A stretch of DNA of 64,000 nucleotides from the human T2T-CHM13v2.0 reference genome, Homo sapiens. Below, piece by piece: positions 23,984 to 35,249 of the stretch (its first letter is position 1; the number at the start of each line of letters is the position of its first letter). The notes under the pieces are model-generated. The model was not told where the DNA came from and did not search any database. It saw only the letters and a program-made list of their open reading frames with translations. The translations under genes and the position numbers were made by a program. The stretch lies in assembly GCF_009914755.1 (NCBI RefSeq), contig NC_060942.1. The stretch is one strand, 5' to 3'.

Positions 23984-26280
23984 TGAATATGGTTTGGCTC
24001 TGTGTCCCCACCCAAATCTCATCTTGAATTGTATTCTCACAATTCCCACGTGTTGTGGGAGGACTTAGTGGGAGATAATTTGAATCATGGTGGTGATTTC
24101 CCCCATACTATTCTTGTGGTAGTGAATAAGTCTCATGAGATTTGATGGCTTTTTCAGGGGTTTTCGCTTTTGCATCTTCCTCATTTTCTTTTGCTGCTGC
24201 CATGTAAGAAGTGCTTTTCACCTCCTGCCACCATTCTGAGGCATACCCAGACATGTGGAGCTGTAAGTCCAATTAAACCTCTTTTTCTTCCCACTCTTGG
24301 GTGTGTCTTTATCAGCAGCATGAAAATGGACTAATATAGTAAGTTGGTACCAGAAGAGTGGGGCATTACTGAAAAGATACCTGAAAATGTGGAAGCGACT
24401 TTGGAACTGGGTAACAGGCAGAGGTTGGAACAGTTTGGAGGGCTTAGAGAAGACAGAAAAATGTGGGAAAGTTTGGCACCTCCTAGACACTTGTTGAATT
24501 GCTTTGACCAAAAGCCTGATAGCGATATGGACAATAAGGTCCAGGCTGAGGTGGTCTCAGAGGGAGATGAGGAACTTGTTGGGAACTGGAGCAAAGATGA
24601 CTCTTGTTATGTTTTAGCAAAGAGACTGGCAGCATTTTGCCCTGCCCTAGAGATTTGTAGAACTTTGAACTTGAGAGAGATGATGTAGGGTATCTGGCGG
24701 AAGAAATTTCTAAGCAACAAAGCATTCAAGAGGTGACTTGGGTGCTGTTAAAAGCATTCAGTTTTAAAAAGGAAACAGAACATAAAGTTTGGAAAATTTG
24801 CAGCCTGACAATGTGATAAAAAAGAAAAACCCATTCTCTGAGGGGAAACTCAAGCCAGCTGCAGAAATTTACATAAGTAATGAGGAGCTGAATGTTAATC
24901 CCCAAGACAATAGGGAAAATGTCTCCAGGATATGTCAGAGGTCTTCACCACAGCCCCTCCCATCATTGAACTGTTGGCCTAGAAGAAAATGGTTTAGTGG
25001 GCCAGGCCCAGGTCCTCATGCTGTGTTCAGCCTACGGACTTGATGCCCTGTGTCTCAGCTGCTCCAGCTGTGGCTAAAAGGGGCCAATGTAGAGCTCGGG
25101 CCATGGCTTCAGAGGGTGCAAGCCCCAAGCCTTGGCAGCTTCCTTGTGGTGTTGAGCCTGCAAGTGCACAGAAGTCAAGAATTGATGTATGAGAACCTCC
25201 ATCTAGATTTCAGAAGATGTATGGAAATGCCTGGATGCCCTAGCAGAAGCTTGCTGCAAGGGGTGTGGGGGTGGGGGTGGGCACATATGAAGAATCTCTG
25301 CTAGGGCAGTGTGGAAGGGAAATGTGGGGTGGGAGCCCTCACACAGAGTCCTTACTGGGGTACCGCCTAGTGGAGCTATGAGGAGAAGGCCACCATTTGC
25401 CAAAACCCAGAACTGTAGATCCACTGACAGCTTGCACTGTGCACCTGGAAAAGCTGCAGAGACTCAATACCAGCCTGTGAAAACAGCCGAGAGGGAGGCT
25501 GTAACCTGCAAAGCCACAGGGGTGGAGCTGCTCAAGACCATGGGAACCAAACCCTTGCCTCAGCGTGACCCAGATGCAAGGCAAAGGTGTCAAAGGAGAT
25601 CATTTGAAGCTTTAAGATTTGACCCCCTCTGTTTGATTTCAGACTTGCATGGTGCCAGTAGCCCCTTTGTTTTGACCGATTTCCCAACATTTGGAATGGC
25701 TGTATTTACCCAATGCCTTTACTCCCATTGTATCTAGGAAGTAACTAACTTGCTTTTGATTTTACAAGCTCATAGGTGGAAGGGACTCACCTTGTCTCAG
25801 ATAAGACTTTGGACTGTGGACTTTTGAGTGAATGCTGAAATGAGTTAAGACTTTTGGGGACTATTGAGAAGCCATGATTGGTTTTAAAATGTGAGGACAT
25901 GAGATTTGAGCAGGCCAGGGCTGGAATGATATGGCTTGGTTCTGTGTCCCCATCCAAATCTCATCTTGAATTGTACTCCCATAACTTCCACATGTTGTGG
26001 GATAGACCTAGCGGAAGATAATTTGAATCATGAGGGTGGTTTCCCCATACTGTTCTTTTGGTAGTAAATAAGTCTAATGAGATCTGATGGTTTTATCAGG
26101 GGTTTCCACTTTTGCATATTCCTCATTTTCTCTTGCTGCTGCCATGTAAGAAGTGCCTTTCACCTCCCGCTGTGATTCTGAGACCTTCCCAGCCATGTGG
26201 AACTGTAAGTCCAATTAAACCTATTTTTCTTCCCAGTCTCGAGTATGTGTTTACCAGCAGTGTGAAAACAGACTAATACA
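23984..26280 (+). mobile_element. Full THE1A MaLR provirus (LTR 23984-24338, internal 24339-25926, LTR 25927-26280)
   Basis: Two similar ~355 bp LTRs, THE1-int body starting gtaagttggtaccagaagagtgggg, perfect 5-bp TSD ACATC (23979-23983 / 26281-26285). Confidence 0.96.
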
Positions 26281-26339
26281 ACATCTTTATTCAGATTATT
26301 AATATGATTTGTATGAGGTACCTTGTTCCTGTCCTTTCC

Positions 26340-26978
26340 ACTTAGTATAACTACAATTCCTGAACATTATATATAAAGCAACATAAGAAGACTCTGAAAC
26401 ATAAAGAAAAGAAGGCAGAGCAGTGAGGGACCTGGGAATGCAATAAGCAAAACAGTGGTAAATATCCCAGGTTTTCTTTTGGCCTCATCTGTCTAACACT
26501 TGGACTTGAAAAAGGTAGCAACCCAGAGAGCCAATGAGTGCAGACAAAAACAGATCCCCCAAAAGCCTACTCTCTCTAGCCAAAGGACCTAGATAGGAGC
26601 AGCCTAAAATGATAAAACGTTTTTGGACAGTAACCTCTCTACTCTGGGCAAGTATCACAGAAAAACCTGGGTGACTTTGTCCCTTCCGCCTAGCAAAAGT
26701 TAAGTGGGGAGCTGAAGACTGTAATAAGGCACCTCAAGCTTCCCGCTGAGGTGGTGTCAGAAATGGCTGAGTAGGGAAGCTGGACTTTCATCTCCACTGG
26801 CAGGTAATGACATTCCATCCTCCATCAGTGTCAGTGGAGACCACACGGAAAGTCTGGACTTCCACACCCCCACAGCAAAAAGCAGGAACTGCCCCCTTGG
26901 GGGCCAACTAAGGCAGAGTGGGGAACTTGGCCTTACACACACTTGGCAAGGACCAAGGCAGTGCCCCACAACCCCTTT
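26340..26978 (+). mobile_element. Old L1 (L1MD-like) 5' region, left of the ERV insertion
   Basis: Resembles an L1MC/MD 5' UTR (aacataagaagactctgaaa, gctgagtagggaagctggactttcatc); continues at 35250. Confidence 0.65.
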
Positions 26979-27498
26979 TGAAGTAGTAAGAAGGAGGTGA
27001 CTCCAGAGGCAGGACTCCACTCTGGAGGCTGGACTTGAACACTGGACCAAGTTGAGAACTAGCTAAAACAGGAAAGGGGTGGAAACACCTTTTCATAAGA
27101 CACTAATGCCAGTGTGCTGTGTCAGTTTACCATTTTCATAGCAGCACCTGTAAGTGACCACCCATTTCTATGGCAGCAACCTAACAACCAGAAGCAACCT
27201 AACCCAGAAATTACCACCCTTTTTCTAGAAATTTCTGCATAATCTGCCCATTAATTTGCATATAATTAAAAATGGATATAAATATGACTGCAGAACTGCC
27301 TCCAAGCACTCCTGTGAGTACATCGCCTACAGAGCAGCCCTGCTCCACAATGGCAGTGCCTCTGCTCCTGCTGGACACTGTCACTTCAGTAAAAGTTCCT
27401 GTCTAATACCATCAGCTTGCCCTTGAATTTCTTCCTGAGCGAAGCCAAGTACCCTCCTGGGCTAAGCCCCAATTTTGGTGCTCATCTGCTCTGCATCA
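26979..27498 (+). mobile_element. 5' LTR (MER66 family)
   Basis: tgaagt...ttctagaaatttctgcataa...taatttgcatataattaaaa...gctaagccccaattttgg...tgcatca. Confidence 0.88.
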
Positions 27499-27500
27499 TC

Positions 27501-27520
27501 TGTTGACCAATGGAGGGATC
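27501..27520 (+). other. Degenerate primer-binding site, probably tRNA-Arg type
   Basis: tgttgaccaatggagggat, 2 nt after the LTR, resembles TGGCGACCACGAAGGGAC with CpG decay. Confidence 0.45.
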
Positions 27521-29008
27521 AAGACAGTGGCAATCAGTGGAAAGGCGTTGATTAGTGAGAGGTGGTGGGAGATGGCAATTGGAGAGAGGATGAGTAGAGA
27601 GATGGTGAGAGATTGCAAAGCAGTCTGTAATTAAGGCTGCAAGAGCTGTAATACTGAGGCTATGCCAATAAAGATCTGCTAATGCAACAGTGCTGTACAA
27701 CTAACCAAAGGCTCTTTTCAGAGCCATCATTTTTATGGCAAGCAGCAGAGCTGAGCCGATGGGCAAGTGGCCATAGCGCTGCTGCTTGTTTGGGACCTGC
27801 AGCTCCAACTGGCAGGCCAATGGGCTAATGGTCCCTTTGATGGCTCATCAACCTGGCAGCTGAGCCCACCCAACCTGTATAGTCCCTCACCTGACTCCCA
27901 CATGGAAGAATGGTCAGTGCCATTTTGATGCCTGTGAATGGGTGAGTGTCCCCTCTGCCTCCTCCCCCATGATATTGGGTAAGCTTGGGAATAAAAGCCT
28001 TTGGCTAAGGGGTAAGTTAAAAGTCCCCTGTCATTTGAGTGCCTCAAAGCATGTCCTTGTCACCTCTTCACCCAGTCCTTCCTCTTCTGATTCCATTTTA
28101 TTGTTACATCAGTGGTTTTATTTTCAGTCCTAAAATGTATGTTGTTTGCTGTCTTATATTTGCTTTTGACTTTCTGTTGACTGTGTTTGGGCAATTGTTT
28201 AAGGCAGAACACTTGGTTGTGAGAGGTCTCCTGTTGTATTACTCCAGGATGCCAGAGTCATGTTGTTCTGTGACCCCAGCTTGGTCTTGGGTTCACTGTT
28301 GTCCACCCCCAGGTCCCCTGGGGTTTTGGCATTTGGCGATGGGACCCTCATTGGCTGAGACTCGAGCAATCTGTGTTTTCAGCACTGGTATTATTGGCCT
28401 CCCCACAGATGCTCTGGGGTTTTTGGCATTGGCATTCCCTCTAGGATTGGGGGTTATACCCCCTCTCCTAGGGGAATATTGGTCTCATCTTTTTCTGCCC
28501 TGAAGTGGGAAGTTATTATTTTTCTAATACCCAGTTGCCGGCCCCTTCCTGCGTTCTGCCTTATAACTGACTTGCTCAAGCTCCTCTTGGATGAAGGGAC
28601 TGAGAGTTCCTGGGCCCCTGGCCTGATAGAAGACTACCTACAATGCTGGACAAGTGGCTACTTGAATATTTTTTCCAGTGTCTCCATTGCTGGGTAGGTT
28701 CTCCAGCAAGTCAAGGCCTCTGAGGTCTCTTCTTGGGCAATGCTGTTTAGCTCCTTCCCTTCCTTCCTTCCACAGTCACCATTTATTTAGTCCCTCTCTC
28801 TGCCCAATACTTGCTCTGTGTGAAATTTAGGCTCAACATTTTATTGCCCAACTGTAGCTTGTAATCTGCTTTTGTAATGTTTTGCTGCCTACTTACACCT
28901 TTCCTGCAGGAAGTGGGAATCTAAAAGGGAAAAATAACAAGGGCCCAGTTGCTTTCCATCTCGCTAGACTTAGAAAAACTTCTGTATCTAGTTAAAATCC
29001 TTTTAGTC

Positions 29009-30300
29009 ATGGGGACAATGATGAGCATCCTAGAAGACTCTCCAGTAGGATGTCTTTTAGGTTACTGGAGCACATTCCAATTCAGCTTACAGAAAAAGAA
29101 ACCATATTTTGTATTGCAACACTGTTTGGGTTCAATACAAATTAGAAAACTAACAGATTTGGTTTAAACATGATTCTATACATTATAATGATGTTTTACA
29201 ATTGAACTTATTCTGTAAAAAAGAAGAAAAATGGGAAGATGTTCCTTATTATAGGCTTTTATGGCCCTTTACTGGCTCATGTTACATGCAGGCATCAGAA
29301 AGCCATGCATAAGGGATCCATTCCTAGCTGCTCCCACTAGAAAACCTACACCCTCCCTGAAACCTCCTCAGTCCCCAAACTTTGAGGGGTTTCTTGTCAG
29401 TTTTCTAATGAAGGATTCCACCCCAAAATCATCAGACACCCCTCCCCACTTATCCTCCTAGCCCCAGCTTATACTCCCTGCCCCGACCCCTACTGCCCAA
29501 GAAAGTAAGCACAACTGGTACCACCAGGAGTGGGGCCCCATAGCAGCCCCTAAAGTCAAACCTGTGTCTGTTGCTGGAAGTAGCTGGTCAAAATGCAGGA
29601 ATACTTAATGTATGTGTGCCATTTTCTGGCCTAATTTGCTTTACACAAAGAAAAAATTGGCCAGTTTTCAGAAGATCTAGAAAAGTTTATAGAGGCGTTT
29701 GTTAAGTTTATCATGTTCTTTAATGGAACTTGTCATGACTTGCAAGTGTTGTCATCTGCTTGCTGTGCCATGGGAAAAATGTGGAGGAAAAAGTGTGTGG
29801 TTGAGCCAGTGAATTATGACAAGGTTAGAGAAATAACTCAGGGAAAGAATGAAAATCCTGCTCTGTTTCAGGATCATTTGGTTGAGGTACTCAAAAAAAT
29901 GCTAAAGCAGACCCCAGACTCCACAAAAGGGCAAGTTCTCCTGGGCATACATTTTATTACTCAATCTGTCCCTGATATTAGGGGAAAGCTACAAACAGCA
30001 GCAATGGGACCTCAAATCCCTTTGAGCCAACTCTTAAACACAGCCTTTAAAGTTTACAATAATAGAGACAGGTGAAAAAAAAGGTGGAAAAAAAAAAAGA
30101 GAGATAGCCAAAATGCATAATGGTTAACAGTTCCTTTAAGAACCCTGCCACCTCAGAATTACCCACCCTGAGAAAGTGTCATGAGATCGGCAACTGGGAT
30201 GCGCAGAGAAGAGCCCCAGACTTGCTGATTCCTGGGCTAGAATCAACGTGCCTACAATAAGCAAAAGGGCCAGTGATTATGAGAATATCTTAACTGTCCC
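29009..30300 (+). pseudogene. gag: ERV1 gag remnant (frameshifted, partly deleted)
   Basis: Matrix-like EDSPVGCLLGYW...LQLNLFCKKEEKWEDVPY; capsid/MHR VREITQGKNENPALF...HFITQSVPDIRGKL...AFKVYNNRD; decayed zinc knuckle near 30241-30295. Confidence 0.9.
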
Positions 30301-32377
30301 AGGTGAGAGACAAAAAAAAACTCCTCATCAATTCTAGAACTAACGTTCTTCCACTAGCCCCAAAGAGCTTCCTTGCTCAAGTAAGTTTACTGGGGGGGGT
30401 TTTGGACCCTTGACACTTGGACCCTTGATCGAAAAGACAGACAGCTTCCAGCAGTGGCAGAGAAGCACCTGCCCAAATATTTTTCTTTGGTGTCTCCACT
30501 GCTGGGTGAGCCCTCCAGTGGCTTCGGGACCCTTGAGCAAAGCAATTTGCTCCTTCTCTCTTATTTGATGTTATGGGATTCCTTTCCCTGCCTCTTTTTG
30601 TCTTCCATATCTGTCAGGCAAACAAAATTTGGCCAGGAGAATGGGTCCCAATTTTGTAAATAACTTGAATCCTGTTGTCTTGTATAGGTCATTTTATTTA
30701 AAGTTTTTGTTTAGGTGTGTGTATATAGGGATTATGATGAGTGTTATGTGTAACGTGCTATAGAATTGTCTTATAAATACAAGAGTATTCCTAAATTAAA
30801 TAAGACTAATTTAAGCTTAATAGTTTGAAGAAAATGCTGTGTCTTCTAAAATTTAACTTTAAAATTTTTACCTAGATAAATTACCGAAGTCATAAGCTTT
30901 AAAATTGTTAAAATGGCTTCAAATGGTGACTAGCTTTGCATGGTATCTTGGTTCTTGGAGGTGGTGTAGATAAAATTGTTAAAAGTGAAAAGTTAAAGGC
31001 CTGTGAATGGAATAGAGGCTTAGTGAGCTTTTTGTTTGGTTTAATGTCTTCAAATGGTGGAATGGTTCTCATCTATAGGATGCTAATACCTGGTGGGCAG
31101 TTCAAAATCTCTTGCTTCCTAGGTTTATATAAAATGTGCCAAAGACATGTATTCTTTATTGAGAAAAATAATAATTTTTATCAAATTCAGAAGTTATTAA
31201 AAAGGAAGTTCAAAATATAATAAAACCAATAACTAGAAAAATGAGAGATGTAATAAGTGTTATGAAAAGAAAAAAAGAAGGAGTGATTTTGTATGAGGTG
31301 GGATTTTGTATAGTAAATTCTTGTCTTAGAGCGATATAGCTGGTTATTTAAAAAAGAGGTACCAGAGGTCAAGTCAGTAAGTTCACGCATAATGTAGATG
31401 GTCTGTGTACATTGTAATAAGGTTGATAAAGGGGTATGTACAAAACAAATTTTGCATATGATTAAACTTGCTATGATTAAAGAAAAATTGTTTGTGGTAG
31501 GCTTTCTGAAAAATGGTCTGTATTTTGGAACCAGATTTTCTCCAGGTATTTATTTGATAAAATACCAGAAATTTTGTTCCTCAATTCTGTAATCTATTTC
31601 TTTTGAAAGCTTCTCAGATTCATGTAACTCTCTCCTTTGCATTTATTGTCAGCTTCTGTGGGTTTCCTCCTCCAGTTCCGACTGTTGTTATGACCTGATG
31701 CTGAAGTGTTTTGTCTTAGAGGTCTGTGGGAGCAGCATTCTTCCCCAGTATAGCTTAATTCTATGCTCTCGGATTTTCTTTAAGTGTAACCTTCTTTTGG
31801 CTTTTGTTTTTTGACTCTTATATTGCTTAGAAGGGTTTTGTGGGCTGGTGAGTGCCTGCCCAACTCCCTTCCCTTTGGTTAGGAGGGGGCATCTATTCAG
31901 TCTGTTGGGTGGGGGAAGGGGCTATGGATTTTGATTTTTTGGTTTGTATTCTCCATTTTTGTCAGGATGAGCTGGAGGCAGTGTCAGTGGCCAAGCTTTT
32001 ATTTTGTCTTGTGCCAACGCTGGGGTGGTGTGCTTCCTGCCCCGTGTCCCTCGGTGGGCCTCCCATGGGTGGGGGACTTGGAGTTAGGGGACTTACAGCC
32101 AGTTGGATGTTCTGGGCCAAATGAGAGTGGAGGTGGGTGGGCATTCCTTGGCCCTTGAACCCCTTTGGAGCTGTGTAAGAGCCAAAAACTAAGAGCTAGG
32201 AAATGGGGTTGTAAAACTGACTGTCTCAACAGATGTGTTGAGCTGCTGTGGTCTTGGCTTGTAGTAATTAGCTACACAAACACTCTCCCTCCACTTTGGA
32301 ATTTAGGCCAGGTTCAAAAGGCCCTCCAATACAAAAATAAAATATTGCTTTTCCCCACAAAGAAAAAAAAATAGTTC

Positions 32378-32545
32378 CCCTGTTCAACCAGGAGACTTAG
32401 ATTTACTAAAAACTTAAAAAGAAGAATCCCCCAAGGATCAACTAAACCAAAATGGACAGGCCCCTCTCAAGTGTGGTTGAGTATCCTCACTGCTGTTAAA
32501 CTTCAGGAAATAATAATTGAGTACAACTATCAACGATTAAATGTG
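32378..32545 (+). pseudogene. pol: Integrase C-terminal (GPY/F) remnant
   Basis: PVQPGDL.LLKT...PKWTGPSQVWLSILTAVKLQ; no protease/RT/RNase H motifs seen upstream. Confidence 0.8.
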
Positions 32546-33540
32546 CTTCTTGTGAGTTACAGGCACAAGGTTGGGGGACATTACGAACTAGATCTATAAA
32601 CTTTCGAAAGAGCTCTGCTCCCTACTGAAAATAATCACCTCTCAGCCAGAAGTGGTAACATGATGCTGTGGATGGGAACAGGAGCATTCTTTTTTCTCTT
32701 CTTCCTGACTATATTTCTTTTCTATTATATTAGCCAGCTGCCTTCTCCTGGGAAACATCTTTTTTTGTCCTGTTGGGCTAAGGCCCAACCAGACACCATG
32801 CTGCCACTGTTAATCCTGTTTGCTCTCCAAATTACCCTGATCCAGTGTTGATGGGAACAAAACTCTATAGTAAATATTTCAAAAATTATAGCATCAAGGA
32901 ATCATCCTCATGGTTGCTGGATTTGTCATCAACATCTTCAGGATAGACAGTTGTGTCTTCCAGAAAATCTCATGGCCATCTCCCCAGACCTTCTAACTAA
33001 CCCTAGTGATCCCAAGCACCCAAAACCCTACTTCTTAAGTGGAAACCTCCCTTACTTAACAGATTCCATCTGAAACCCCCCACAACTATTACCTGGACCT
33101 GGAAAGTTGGGTGCACTAATAATTCTGTCTTTTGCACTAATTGTATCCAGTGCACTAGTAATTCTATCTTTTCAACCTCCTGTTGTGTTAATGACACATA
33201 AGTGGAAGTTTTCCTGTGATGTTCTGATCCAAGTTTAGTTACCAAGTTGCCAAGGCCATAGCAAGGTAAATGGGATTCTACTTGTAAGCATGGTGCTTTC
33301 TGCTGGATCAGAACATACAGGGACAAAACAATTGCCCAGTCTGGGGAGGCAGGAGTACTATCCCCCTTTGGAAAACAAAGATTGTTCAACCACTGCCATT
33401 AGAACAGGATAAAAGTATCTCTGTAGATCCAACTTGGCAGCAAAGGATAGACATCACACTCCATAACCACTTCTGACTTTTCAGGCAACCGCTTGTTCTT
33501 TTAGGAGTAGCTTTCCCTTGTATATCAAAAACTTGGAACA

Positions 33541-33814
33541 TTCCAGCACTTTGAGAGGCCAAGGTGGGTGGATCATTTGAGGTCAAGAGTTCAAAAACAG
33601 CCTGGTCAACATGGCAAAAACCCATCTCTATTAAAAATACAAAAAATTAGCTGGGCGTAGTGGCACATGCCTAAAATCCCAGCTACTTGGGAGGCTGAGG
33701 CAGGAGAATTGCTTGAACCTGGGAGACGGAGGTTGCAGAGTGAGCCAACATCATGCCGTTGCACTCCAGCCTGGGCGACAGAGTGAGATTTTGTCTCAAA
33801 AACAAACAAACAAA
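33541..33814 (+). mobile_element. AluS, first ~30 nt missing, inside env
   Basis: 15-bp TSD caaaaacttggaaca (33526-33540 / 33815-33829). Confidence 0.96.
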
Positions 33815-34200
33815 CAAAAACTTGGAACAGAGTTTGCACATTGGCTGCCCTGGGCCATCCAGGGGTCACACTCTATAACCTGTAAGACCCAAGAACACCA
33901 GAACTAAATGAGCAATGGTACTTATTCGGGCAGAAATTGGAGTGACAATAGGACTAGTGGAAACCTGGGGCAGGTTTGCTTACCAAGAGTCAACCCCAAA
34001 GAACTGAAACCCTACACTAACACAGGTCAGGCACTAAAGAGAATTCAAGAGTCCCTGGGCTCTTTGGCAAAAGTAGTTCTCAATAGCAGACTAGCATTGG
34101 ATTATTTACCAGCTAAGCAAGGTGGACTCTGTGCAATTATTAATAAAACCTGCTGCACTTACATTAACAACTCTGGACAAGTTCAGGTTAGCATTCAAAA

Positions 34201-34315
34201 GAATTGCTTGAATCCATGAGGAGGAGGCTGCAGTGAGCTGAGAATGCACCACTGCACTTCAGCCTAGGCGACAGAGCGAGACTCCATCTCAAAAACAAAC
34301 AAACAAACAAAAAAA
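34201..34315 (+). mobile_element. Heavily 5'-truncated Alu inside env TM
   Basis: gaattgcttgaa...gcagtgagctgag...cagcctaggcgacagagcgagactccatctc plus tail. Confidence 0.93.
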
Positions 34316-34738
34316 GATGTATGAGTATGTTACCTGGTTACTGACCCCAACTATATCTGGTTGACTATCGAAAGTGCTTTCCCAAGTCTCAGCTTGTTTT
34401 ACCTCTCCTAGGACCTTTGATAGCTATCATGTTGTTACTAAATTTTGGCCCTGGCTTGTTTAACATCTTAGTAAAATTTGTGTCCTCTATATTACAACAG
34501 TTCCGGGTAAAGACAATGCTGGCACCAGGCTTCCAGCTCGTCTCACCTACTGACCTAGAGAATGGAAGTGTCCTGCCTGTGGGCCCCTTAGATCAGGAAT
34601 CCAGAGAATTTTATTCCTCTAGTGCTAGGCCAGGCCTACACCCATAAACTCAGGAGGAAGCAGTTAGAAAAGATGGACCTCCACCTTTCTGGAGCCCACT
34701 TAAGGTTAAGGAAGAGTATATAATCTCTGAGCAGGGAA

Positions 34739-35249
34739 AGAAGTGGGAGGCAGGACTCAACTCCAGAGGTGGGGCTTGACTCCAGAAGCAGAGCTCAGAC
34801 ATCAGACCAAATTGAGGACTAACTGAAACAGAGATGGGGCAGAAACATCTTTCCAAAAGACACACCCACCAACGTGCCATGTCAGTTAACCATTTCCATG
34901 GCAGCATGCCAAAGTTACCACCCATTTCCATGGCAGCAACCTAACAACCCAGAAGTTACCACACTGTTTTTAGAAATTTCTGCAAAATCTGCCCCTTAAT
35001 TTGTATACAATTAAAAGTGGGCATCAATATGACTACAGGACTGTCTCTGAGCTACTGCTCTGGGTACACTGCCTATGACATAGATAGCCCTGCTGTCTGA
35101 GGAGCAGTACCTCTAGTACTACTGTATACTGCTGCTTCAATAAAAGTTGCTATATAACACCACTGGCCCACCCTTAAATTCTTTCCTGGACAAAGCCAAG
35201 AATCTTCCTATGCTAAGCCCTAGTTTTGGGGCTCACCTGCTTTGCGTCA
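34739..35249 (+). mobile_element. 3' LTR (MER66 family)
   Basis: Homologous to 26979-27498; follows a purine tract; AATAAA at ~35139; ends gcgtca. Confidence 0.88.

Larger units (their letters stand above)
32798..34647 (+). pseudogene. env: Gamma-type env remnant, EnvV-like, interrupted by stops and two Alus
   Basis: Signal MLPLLILFALQITLIQC, then WEQNSIVNISKIIASRNHPHGCWICH (CxxC); furin site RTK(R>stop) at 33900-33911; ISD LNSRLALDYLPAKQGGLC; CX6CC; anchor GPLIAIMLLLNFGPGLFNILVKFVSS. Confidence 0.92.
26979..35249 (+). mobile_element. MER66-type ERV1 provirus (gag - deleted pro/pol - env)
   Basis: Two homologous LTRs, a degenerate PBS, gag/IN/env protein remnants in order, a PPT, and flanks ccttt/ccttc. 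Confidence 0.9.

Noticed and set aside
24218-25737. Cluster of 70-140 aa ORFs on both strands
   Set aside because: All lie in the THE1A internal region; decayed MaLR sequence, not a host gene.
28315-28440. Spaced ~50-bp-period repeats (ctggggttttggcatt) resembling a repeat-spacer array
   Set aside because: Degenerate tandem repeats of the ERV leader; eukaryotic context, no cas genes.
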